A DNA stretch of 51,306 nucleotides, counting the filler, from Perkinsus olseni (lineage: Eukaryota): NCBI GenBank assembly GCA_013115125.1. It is 2 parts of 2 records of this genome, joined end to end, with 100 filler letters (N's around TTAATTAATTAA, not from the genome) between each part and the next. Parts side by side here need not be neighbours in the genome. Positions count along the whole stretch, not along the records: positions 1 to 25,611 come from JABANN010000493.1; 1 more part is not named here. One strand, 5' to 3'. The notes below the pieces were generated by a model that was given only the letters and a program-made list of their open reading frames with translations, was not told where the DNA came from and did no database searches. The position numbers and the translations under genes were made by a program. Positions 12,619 to 22,081 of the stretch are shown piece by piece. Positions within the stretch are counted from its first letter, which is position 1. Every line of letters begins with the position of its first letter.

Positions 12619-13325
12619 GGGTGTATTACGATTCGAACACCGAAAACTCGTACACTATCACTTAGTACACGGCTCGTACACTGAATACTCGTTCACTCAT
12701 TGGATCCGTACATCGTCATTCCGTACACTTGAGAGTCGTGCACGTAGTACTCGTACTCATGATACTCGTACATATAATACTCGTTCACGTAGTGAGTCGT
12801 ACACATAAAGTTCGTACACGTGAATCTCATGCACTAGAAACTCGTACACGAGCGCGACTCGTACACTATGCTTGCTGAGTCGCATTTAAAATGCGGCATT
12901 TTTGAGCCACGCGCTGGGTGCAATGACGGAGCGAAGGAAGTTATATTGTCTATAGGGAGCGAACTGTTCGCGCCACTCTGTGAGAAAAAGATTTTATGTG
13001 AGTGGTATGGTAGTTAAGGTAGCGGACTCTCGATCGGAAGACCGCAGGTTCGGACCTATATGCAGGGACTCCCTTACCAGGGAGGAAGTAGAGTGGTACT
13101 AGGGAGCGCGAGAGCGCCCGCGGAGCCAGCGCGAGAATCTTTCGCGGAGTGCACTGTACGAAATGACGGTGTATGACTTGAAACTGGGGTCGTGTACGAA
13201 ATGAGAGTGTATGAAATGCCGGTATACGAGTTGAAAGTGTACGACTATTATGTGTACGGGTGTTATATGTACGGGTATTACGTATACGAGCATCATGTAT
13301 ACAAGTTTTATATGTTGCACCGCCA
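12619..13325. mobile_element. Foldback-like non-autonomous element with inverted arrays of ~15-bp tandem repeats
   Basis: Left array ~12631-12870 of ACTCGTACAC+5 nt units (12631, 12646, 12661, 12687, 12734, 12749, 12764...). Right array ~13154-13310 of reverse-complement GTGTACGA/GTATACGA units. About 280 bp of unrelated spacer lies between. Confidence 0.65.
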
Positions 13326-14550
13326 CCGCCCAAAAGACTACCGACTGCTACAACTGGACCTCCGCTCTACCTACCGCACTCTCGGGGTGCACGGGGAGGA
13401 GCGCAAAAACGTGTGCTTCACTCAGGAGTTTGGCGACGGATCGGTAGTAGGCCACGAGAATCTGGTGTCGTCCTTCGGCCTCACCTGTTCGGCTTACTGG
13501 TTCGTGAGGTACGCTACCTGCGCGCAAAGATGCCTCGAGGTGGTATTACGCGCTTTCTTGGGCACCGGCGAGGACCCGGGACAGTTCGGTTCGTTTATGT
13601 ACGTCGACGACGGCTTCTTCTGTTTCTTGGCAAGCGTTAACGCTGAAGCCGCGTCTATTGTTCTGATCTTCTGGATCATGCTTGGGTCGGACATCATATA
13701 ATCAAGCAATCGTTGGCTTGCTCCGCGAAAAGAGCATATCCGAGAAGGCCCTTTCCTCGTTGGCAGGGAAGTTGATTCGATATACAGTATATCATATACT
13801 ATGCTGCACTCTTACCTCCGAAGTAACATCCAGCCCTACTATGGCCTGCTCAGCGTCGTCCGCAGACGTGGATTCCACCACGCTCCTTGTCCCGAGAAGG
13901 GTGAGATCTACATTGTCTCGAAGTTCTTCCACGCGGTGGTCAGCGGGTCTAAGTCCTTCCCGCCAGTCGGCCCCATAGGTGATCCTCGGGCATCACTCGT
14001 TCAAGCTAACCAGATGCTAATCATGACGGACGCCTCACTCGGGGCCGTTGGGGGCATCATAGCACTGGCGGAAGGAGCAGCTAGGTCGACAGCGGGCAGC
14101 AGGCAACCGGTCGTGTGGTTCCAAGAAAAGGTGAGCCGTGAGGTGATTGGACAGTGGAAAGGCATCAGCGCTGACGCACAAGTTCCGCTCGAGTCCAGGG
14201 ACATGGTAACGCTAGAGCTGTTGGCTGTGTGCGTCGCGATCCGATCAGCCGAACGGCGCTTCGGGCAGTGAAAGAACGACAGGGTCGCCATTTTTGTTGA
14301 CAACGAGGCGACTAGACGCATCCTATCGAAGCTGTACTCGCGAACCCTAGTGTTGGCCGGTTTGTTGCGGAACATCACGCAGCATCTCGCCGGGCTGGTG
14401 CTCTCCGAGTCGGAGACACGTGGTTTGCCGAGTGGCGTCGGAGAACAACACGATAGCTGACAAGCTTTCAAGATCGGACGCCTCCGGCATCCCGCAGCAC
14501 TGGATAAGAGGAACTGTCGAAAAGGAGTGGATGTCCGCCGCCAAGTAGCC
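13320..14550 (+). pseudogene. RT-RNase H of the DIRS-type element
   Basis: RT motifs LDLRSTYR, SFGLTCSAYWF, FMYVDDGF; thumb LSSLAGKL. RNase H motifs IMTDASLGAVGG, MVTLELLAV, AIFVDNE, NTIADKLSR. Stop/deletion near 13700, frameshift near 13800, TGA at 14269-14271. Confidence 0.85.
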
Positions 14551-14689
14551 GTACGCGGAAGGGTCGGTAAGCTAGCAGTGAGAAGTCAAATCATGTATGA
14601 CGAGGCGCGAGTGAGTTGTGGCTTTGTTTCCAAACGCGTGTGGTTACGTTGGAGTGCGAAGAGGCTAGGGAGTAGTTGCCCTGTAGGCT

Positions 14690-15765
14690 CCATGATCCGC
14701 CGTCGCGAGGCCGCAGGTCTACTCAGCGGAGCAGAGAGGGCCGGAGTCAACGTGGACGCGGAGGTGGCCGCGCTCGTCAAAGACGCCCTCGCCGAAAAGA
14801 CGAGGAAGTCGTATTCCTCGGCGGCCAACTTATATTCGGCCGTCTTTCGCGCCGGAATCCGCGAAGGAGACCCTCCCACGGAACCGTTTCCCCTCTCAGG
14901 ACGCTCTGTAACCCGGTTCTTATGGGTGATGTGGTCCGCGGGCTACCCTTACTCCACCATACGGTCGTACGTCTCGGCGATAAAAACGCTAAACACGGAA
15001 TCGGAAAACTCGCTGAGAGAGACAGAATCCGAGTTGGTATCTAGAGCCTTGAAAGGCGTCACGAGACGGTTGTCAAGACATGGCCACTTCCGCAAGGCCA
15101 ATATGAAAGTCCGACCTCAGAAGGATAATGCAGGCTGCGGGAAGCTCCGAAGAGGAGAGCCCAGCGACGGCCACGTTGTTGTCGACGTTCGACTTGTTGA
15201 GGGCCGAAGAGTGCCTGGCTTTAAACGTTGGGGAGGTCACCTTCGAAGCACGGCACGAGGTCGACGTAGTGCGTCTGAGCATCAGAGGGAGTAAGACCGA
15301 CCGAAAGAGAGTAGGGGCTACGAGGAAAGTCGGATGCGCTCAAAGGAGCACCACGAGGCCGTGTGCCGAGCCGGCTTGCGCAGTCCATCGCCTCCACAAT
15401 TACATGTGCAGGTCAATGCGAGAAGTTCGAGTGGGAACCGCCTGCGGGACTGCGATACTCGTCAACGGAAGGGGGACCGCCTAGAGTACAAAGAGTACCT
15501 GGATGGTATGCGGGATGTAGTGCGCCGGCACACAGGCATAAGAGACTGGTCCGCAGTAGGAACGCACAGCATGAGGCGAACCGGTGCTCAATGGATGTGG
15601 GCCGAAGATACCCTGATACAACAGGCTCGCGTACGGAAGATGGGCCGTGACGGCCCGGCCGTCAGGACGTCGTCCCTGGAGAAGGACTATCTGGACGGCG
15701 TGGCCAGATCACAAGAATATAGATATGCCTACGCCATGCTGTCGGGGGTATATGACGGTGCATGA
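14690..15765 (+). pseudogene. Tyrosine recombinase of the DIRS-type element (two frameshifts)
   Basis: N-terminal ALAEKTRKSY..SAANLY and YSTIRSYVSAIK. Catalytic motifs LLRAEE, SKTDRKRVG, GTHSMRRTGA, MGR and a downstream Y. Split over ORFs 14527, 15128 and 15334. Confidence 0.85.
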
Positions 15766-16452
15766 CTGTATGCTCATGTCGTGTGAGTCGGTTTCGTGAG
15801 GGGAAGCACGCGTTTAGTACCGGGATGCAACCGTAGTACCGTACTCGGTTCCGGCGCACACCAGCCGAACGCGCGGAGCTCGGCGTACAATGGGTCCGAT
15901 CGGGCGCAAGGGCGTGAGTCGCACACCGACTCCGCCCTTTCTAGTGAAGGGACGTAAATCGCCCTCAACTGGGACCCACGTGCCTGGAGCGGAGGATTTA
16001 ACTGACATCGAACCACGTCGATGTCGTGTTTGTTGCAGAAAACAACGGTCCGACTACAGTCGTCGACGCTACCCATGGTCGCAAGAGCCACTGGGGCCCT
16101 AGCCTAGGGCCCCTAGGAAAGTCGTTGCACAGATGTCTATATTCAACTTCACCGTGAAACGCCAAACCACTATCGGGAAGTGATTCAAATAGTTAGTTCA
16201 AATAGTACTCAAAGTGCACTCCGTAGAGATGAGGATGACAAGTTGTCATTGACAACTTTCATCCGTCGCGCGCGCCCAGTGATCAGTTGAACAGATTCTG
16301 TTCTACTACGGCAGGCAGCAACATTGCCTTGATTGAATGCGAGAAGATTAGTCGAATCAATGAGTAGGTGGTCTTGCATAATGTAAGTTACACTTTATTG
16401 TTCGTTGGAACAATCCCGGTTTGGTCCACATTTACTAACCTGTGCTGCTGCG

Positions 16453-17262
16453 TGCACTGTAACTCAGTACAGTGTGGCTATTTGAGACGGGGCTCAAAGA
16501 GAGGTAAAATTGGACTGGATAGGTGCTAAGCAGTGATGCGATTCACAGCTTACTGAGCTAAGCTAAGCTTAGTGTAGCACGTATACTCACGCACGCGAGT
16601 GCAGGGCGCATAGTGAGATCAGACGGTTATCTGATACTAATGATACGTAGTAGCAGCCAAGGTAAGCCCATAGTAGTACTGAACCAGTCTATACCTGTCA
16701 CATAGCGTACACTGTAGTCGTCACTATGTTGCCACTATAGTGCAGTTCTCTTATGCCTAGATAGCTGAGGGAAGATTATCGATCGTCTGATCGAGCGCAT
16801 GCGTTCTGTCTCCTGTCTCGGTGGCTCGCATCTATTCAGAAGAACTGAGGTTTGGTTCTTTAGATATACTGATGAAACATTATAGGCATTCGGGACTGGG
16901 ACTTCTTAATCTCACCGCCGCATCGTGGCAGCAGCAGCATAGCAGGGACGGACCGCGAATCTGGAGCGTTCTGCACTATAGTGGCAACATAGTGACGCCT
17001 ATAGTTTACGCTATGTTATAGCTACAGCCTGGTTCAGTACCACTCAGTTCTTAGTTTGCTGCTACAACGTATCATTAGTATCAGATAGCCGTCTGACCTT
17101 ATTCTGCACCTTGCACTCGCGTGCATGAGTACACGTGCTACACTAAGCTGAGCTCAGCTCAGTAAGCTGTAAATCACATTATTGCTTAGCACCTATCCAG
17201 TCCAAGCTTACCTCTCTTTGAGCCCCGTTTTGAATGGCCACACTGTACTGAGTTACAGTGCA
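16453..17262. mobile_element. Two inverted ~290-bp arms around a ~225-bp spacer (MITE-like)
   Basis: 16453-16744 (TGCACTGTAACTCAGTACAGTGTGGC...GCCACTATAGTGCA) is the reverse complement of 16972-17262 with scattered substitutions. Confidence 0.8.
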
Positions 17263-17331
17263 GTTCTCACAGTGAACTTCCCGTCGTTCTGTGTAGCTTA
17301 CATTCTCCCCTTCTGCAGCAGAAGCTCTCGC

Positions 17332-17805
17332 ATGTGGACCTGGTCCATCATCCACCCACTCTTCTTGGGGATTTCTGCCGTGCTGCCTGGTGCGTATGGC
17401 GACTCCAAGTTTAAGGTTAGAGCGCGGTCTGGTCACTTTGTCTATATCAGCGTCTATATGAAAGACTCTCCCACCAAGCGTGGCGAAATGACCATCACTT
17501 ACCAAGCTGTGTGCTACACACCCGTGCCAGGAGGAGATGTGGACCTCAGGACTGTCCTCAGGTATCGACGGGATATTATCACATCATCATCTCCAGGCCC
17601 TCTTTATCGTTACAACGATCTCTACAACAGCTACGACTTCTCTGACGGTGGGAACCCTCTTGAAAATTGGAAACGAGACGTTAAGAAGACATGCGACTTC
17701 GAGCTCAAAGAAACGGACATGACTTACTTCCAGAGGAATCATAGGCGAGATGTCTACTTTACTCTCATAAGTGGTAAAAATGCAGTTTTATCTCGGATTT
17801 CATAG
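17332..17805 (+). CDS. Intronless secreted protein, 157 aa, unknown function
   Basis: ATG 17332 follows a pyrimidine tract plus AG (TTCTCCCCTTCTGCAG). Signal-like N-terminus MWTWSIIHPLFLGISAVLPGAYG. Uninterrupted frame with two Cys. Confidence 0.7.
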   Translation: MWTWSIIHPLFLGISAVLPGAYGDSKFKVRARSGHFVYISVYMKDSPTKRGEMTITYQAVCYTPVPGGDVDLRTVLRYRRDIITSSSPGPLYRYNDLYNSYDFSDGGNPLENWKRDVKKTCDFELKETDMTYFQRNHRRDVYFTLISGKNAVLSRIS

Positions 17806-18869
17806 ACATTGTCCGGCTGGATTCGATTCTTTGGGCCAGCCAATCAATGAATCCATCAGGAGGCAGTATCGTGATGAAGCTCTGCCTGTTAGCTTATGTG
17901 TCGCTTTTTTCTGGTGAGTCCCAAGTTCTTTGAGGTAGCTTACCCCGGAGGCACGTCTAAGGTGAACAGCAAAATCTGTCCGCCGCTGTAGGACTCCAGT
18001 TTCTGGCAGAGTGGTGTGATGCAACATCACAATTTCGAGCTCTAACTAGTGTTTTCTCGTATCATATCAGATGATAAGATATAATAGGTTATCTTTCTGA
18101 GAGGTGAGGTTACGTTGCGCTACCGTAGCGCTCGTAGCGCCGCTGCGAGATGTGAATCAATCATCAATAGCGGAAAGCTGATAATGGTGCCCGCTGAAAG
18201 GGGTTGTTCCCGACAGTTTGTCGGCGACAAAATTTTATGGCGGAGTAGGGAGGGTCCCACATAGCCACCGATGGCAACGCGCCACGAGCATCATATCTGA
18301 ACAGGGGTCATAAATGCGAACTTCCAAACGAGCCTAGCGATTTTCCTGTAAATCTGCGATGGCATATTGAATGGGCCAAACGCGTCCTCTCGCGTCCCTG
18401 TAGCCTGGGAAAACTCTGCAAGTGCTTTAACGATACGATTAAGTACAGTGGGCGAGCGTTCTTTTCTCCGGCCCTTTTCTTCCGAGGAATCGGTTTCGCT
18501 ATCTGTTAAGCGCTGGTTCAGCTAGCATCTGTTGTAGTTCATGCGCTCACTCGTGCCAGCACTCGTGAGCGCCTCGTGTGCACAGTGGATCAAGGGCAGG
18601 GCAGGCGTACTGAAATCGTCATGGGCAAGTTCTTTTGAGCATGGCGCTAACCTATCTCACTTCGATCAGCTCTCTCGGGTTGCTCGTGTTGTCTGGCTCG
18701 AGCAGCCCTTTGGGCGCCTTCGAGACCTCAGCTGGCAAGCTGACTGTGACAGAGCTTGCTAGCTGACTCAGCTGAGCTGAGGCAAGATTAGGACAAGGCA
18801 TCTAGCCTAGATGATCTAGACATATTATGGCAAGACATAATATTAGGGCAAGACAGGCACATTATTGTG

Positions 18870-19330
18870 ATCCAACTTGCGGGTCTCAGTGCGATTGCCT
18901 CTTCGTAGAAGGTCCCCATAAAGACTGCATACGCCAGTGCCCTTACTAATTGCTACAGTTCTCTTGGTATATTCGACGTAATTCTCTATTGGACATGTTG
19001 CTCTACATCTGCCGAGTATGATAATGAATCCGATTTAATCGGATCTTCGTTGACTATCGACTGGAGCAGTCATCGTTCTATTCGGTTCATCCCATTATTC
19101 ACTCATTGTCCGCTAGCTGTTCGACGGTGACACTGATGCCTCCACGGTCATCCGTGTTCCCATATTGATCCCAATCCTGTTCACGGAGTGTACGCCGTAT
19201 AATTCGGCTGGAGCTATTGTGTCGTACATGACGTTGTTAGAGCCCGTATCCCACTTTTGCAACTGACCGGAGCTATCCCCAGTCACTCCAATCGACATAA
19301 TTTCTCTCGTCCGGCGAAATTCAGAGTTCA
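18870..19330 (-). mobile_element. Possible degenerate retrotransposon integrase (rve) relic
   Basis: Broken minus-strand peptides LYGVHSVNRIGINMGT and NNGMNRIER*LLQSIVNEDPIKSD..ITSNIPREL loosely follow the YGVPxxIxxDxG / NGxxER..WD..TPxEL pattern. Many stops. Confidence 0.3.
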
Positions 19331-19371
19331 TGTTCTATGGCGGTGAAGGGCCTTAACCAATTATTAAATGA

Positions 19372-20466
19372 AAGAAATTCGGTATGGTAGCTATTCACCA
19401 TCATCACGACTTCTTTCGAGTTCAACGAGAGAGCGCTCGACAGCTGCAAGGAATTCATAGTTTTCTCGCCTTATCCAGAGAAACGGAACACGCTACGTTT
19501 CTTTCACATTGCTGCGGCTGTTGCTAGTTGACAGCAGGTGTGATCTTCTCCTTCCACTCAGGGATTCTTCAGCCAGTCCAAGCGTTCCTTCGGCGGGAAC
19601 ATGACCTTCAACGTCGTAACGTTGTGGTACCGAGCACCCGAGCTGCTGTTCGAGTCCTCGTACTACTCCCCAGCCGTGGACATCTGGTCTGTTGGTACGC
19701 TGATGGCTGAGATGCTCCCGAGGGGAGAGAGAAGTCGACCGAGCACGGTGAAGCGGAGGGCTCCGCTGTTCCAGGTAGCGAGGGGAGATCACCATCCTTC
19801 TTTCTCGGAAATCTCGGTAGGTAAACTGTGTGAATATCATTCCATCTCGTCAACAACACGGACCATCCGCAGTTGCCGTCTTCAGGTACCCTCAGAGCTT
19901 GACCTCCTCAAGGCCATCGTAGAGCTGCTCGGCACACCCTCGGAGCAAACGTGGCCTGAAGCATCCAGTCTGTCCAGCCTCCATGAGTTTGCTTATTTGC
20001 CCGAACCCGATAATTGGCCGCGGGAAATGTTCGGTGATGCTTGCAAGGAATCGGAGAAGTTGGATGAATTCCTGAAAAGTGGGTTTGACGATTCAACGCG
20101 GAGGATTATTCAGTCGTAGTTTTTTGCTTCCGGCTTTCTTCATTTTCTTTGATCTTTTTCACTTTTCCCCTCCATTTCCCCCGTATTTTTGTCTTCATGA
20201 TTTTTGTTACTTCTAGCATCACTTAACGGCTGTGTGAATTTCCAAGTTGCTCACCACCCTCTTGCTTTTCCCAGCTTCGTCCGTTCACGTATGCTGATGT
20301 TGAACTCGTCGGCGCGGCCACCCAGTCCCAACTTGCTCGAGGACGACTACTTTACTTTGGGCCACCCGAGTATGGCCAGCAAGAGCTAGCGAAGGCACTC
20401 CGCCCAGCTGTGGATGGATAATATTCCACGACAATTTTTCATTTTTGGTTTCCGCGCCTCGTGTTG
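19372..20466 (+). pseudogene. Partial duplicate (last three exons) of the CDK7/MRK kinase gene
   Basis: Aligns to 10924-12253. The last acceptor is mutated (TTCAG to TTCAC, 20288) and there is a 4-bp deletion near 20383 (AAGGAAGAGCTA to AAGAGCTA). No 5' kinase exons upstream. Confidence 0.92.
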
Positions 20467-20703
20467 AGCGAGTTGCGGGCAGTTCGCTCGTGATGTCGAA
20501 GGTTTGGACGGTGAGGGGATTGTCGCATAGCCGCCCACGTGATGACTGAACTCAAGACCATGAGAGATGCTGCCTGCTCATGATACATGAGGATTATTCT
20601 CAATTAGAGATTATCACTGTAGAGTAAGTGATAAAAGTGATAAAATGGTTGGGTGCCACTCAATGAATGGATTTACGATTAGTTTCTTTGCAACAGTAAT
20701 GTA

Positions 20704-21423
20704 CTAATGGACGATGATGTCGGAGCAAGTTGCGTAATAAACGCCTTGGAACTTCGACCACATGTAGAGGATAGTGTAATTGCCGGGCTGAATGTTAGCG
20801 GGTATGATAAGATCAGCAGAGGAGGGATCGGTGTGAACATTCTTATGATAAAAAGGTAAGCAGTCCTCCAACGGCAAGGTGAAATCTTCCCATGAAGGAT
20901 CCTCCTTGTAAGGGGCCATCTTGAACACGATACATGTACCTAACACATGAGAGGTCGAGGTGACGATAAGATATGCCATCACCATCAGAGACCGAGTTAG
21001 TGTGACCATTGCCCATCCAAGAGATATGAAGCTTCCCACCTGAAGAGGATACATCAGAGGTTGAAAGAAGATCTTCGGGGGGGGGACCTCGAGTAACCTC
21101 CGCGCGACTTAGCATGTTCGGAGCACCGTCAGAGCCAGCACGCCTGCAAGGCCTCAGAGAGGTCTCGTCTAACGGCTTGTACGGCGGGGGTAAACCCTCG
21201 CACTGACTTAACGACGGCTTGGGACACATCGGGCGCTGAAGAGGAGCATCACCGGTATGAGTCAAAGGGAGCTGCTCACCGCATAATACTGGTCGGGGTG
21301 GTTGTGGGTTGTTGGCCCCATCCTCGGAAGCCCACTCTTAATGTCGCCCTTCAGATTGAACACCCAACTGTGAGCAGAAGCCCCAGTGATGCTCATGATG
21401 ATAATAACAATACCACAGATCAT
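20704..21423 (-). CDS. Secreted His-brace protein, LPMO-like (4 exons, 194 aa)
   Basis: Exons 21423-21280, 21235-21088, 21039-20983 and 20939-20704 join through GT-AG introns of 44, 48 and 43 nt into 585 nt. Signal MICGIVIIIMSITGASA, then HSWV; later ISWMGNGH, IPANIQPGNYTILYMW and YYATCSDIIV*. Confidence 0.75.
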
Positions 21424-21692
21424 TATTGAAGAGTACTGGCAGGATGAGAGATTCACCATAAATTCAGCGGATAAACGAGTCATCAATCAGGGTTGAACCC
21501 GGCCCGGAAACGTTCCATGAAATGTTGTTGTTAGTAGCAACACCCAGCAACCGTTTCATGCAACGAATAATGGGCGAACGAGATTCAAGAGTGTGCGCCA
21601 CCAGTAGTCCGCACAATGGGACACCTCGTGTCCCGGTGGCGCCTCCCACGGCTCGAGCTAGTGCCCAGAGCACCAGCTCGAGCCGTGGGACC

Positions 21693-21848
21693 TCATTCTG
21701 CGCCTTGCACTCCTGTACATGAGTATACGTGCTACACTTAGCTTAGCGTAGTAAGCTTTAGTGCACATTATCACTAGGCTCCTCTCAGAGGAGTCCTCTG
21801 GAGTCTTTGAGCCCCGTCTCAAATAGCCACACTGTACTGAGTTGTAGT
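21693..21848 (+). repeat. Third, partial copy of the ~290-bp element
   Basis: ATTCTGCGCCTTGCACTC..GTGCTACACTTAGCT..TTTGAGCCCCGTCTCAAATAGCCACACTGTACTGAGTT matches 17100-17256. Confidence 0.85.
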
Positions 21849-22081
21849 TCATCTTCGGCCTCGGCATAGTGTGCCTTCGCGTTACCCTCCCCCACCTTAC
21901 CGACTCCAGTGGGGTGCCACGCCATTGGCCACCGTCAAACAGCGCCAACCTGTCCCTGTTCTCCAGCGGAGAAATGTGTGTTGATTATTGTGCGGAGAAT
22001 CTCAGCACAACAGACACGATAGGGACACTCATCCAACCATTCAAGAACGCAAGATTCATTTCAAAGAAAACGGCTCCCTCT

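Larger units (their letters stand above)
13320..16113 (+). mobile_element. Decayed tyrosine-recombinase retrotransposon (DIRS/Ngaro-type), 5' truncated
   Basis: Domain order is RT, RNase H, then tyrosine recombinase. Several frameshifts and a stop are present. The 3' limit is guessed at the palindrome 16093-16113. Confidence 0.88.

Noticed and set aside
12631-12870. CRISPR-like array
   Set aside because: Units are ~15 bp with ~5-nt linkers, degenerate, mirrored by an inverted array, in a eukaryote with no cas genes.
13192-13320. Tyr/Val-rich pentapeptide repeat fused to the RT ORF
   Set aside because: It is the translation of the 15-bp DNA repeat array, in frame by chance.
14269-14271. TGA read-through or recoding in RNase H
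   Set aside because: The element has several other frameshifts, so simple decay of a Trp codon suffices. Host genes use standard stops.
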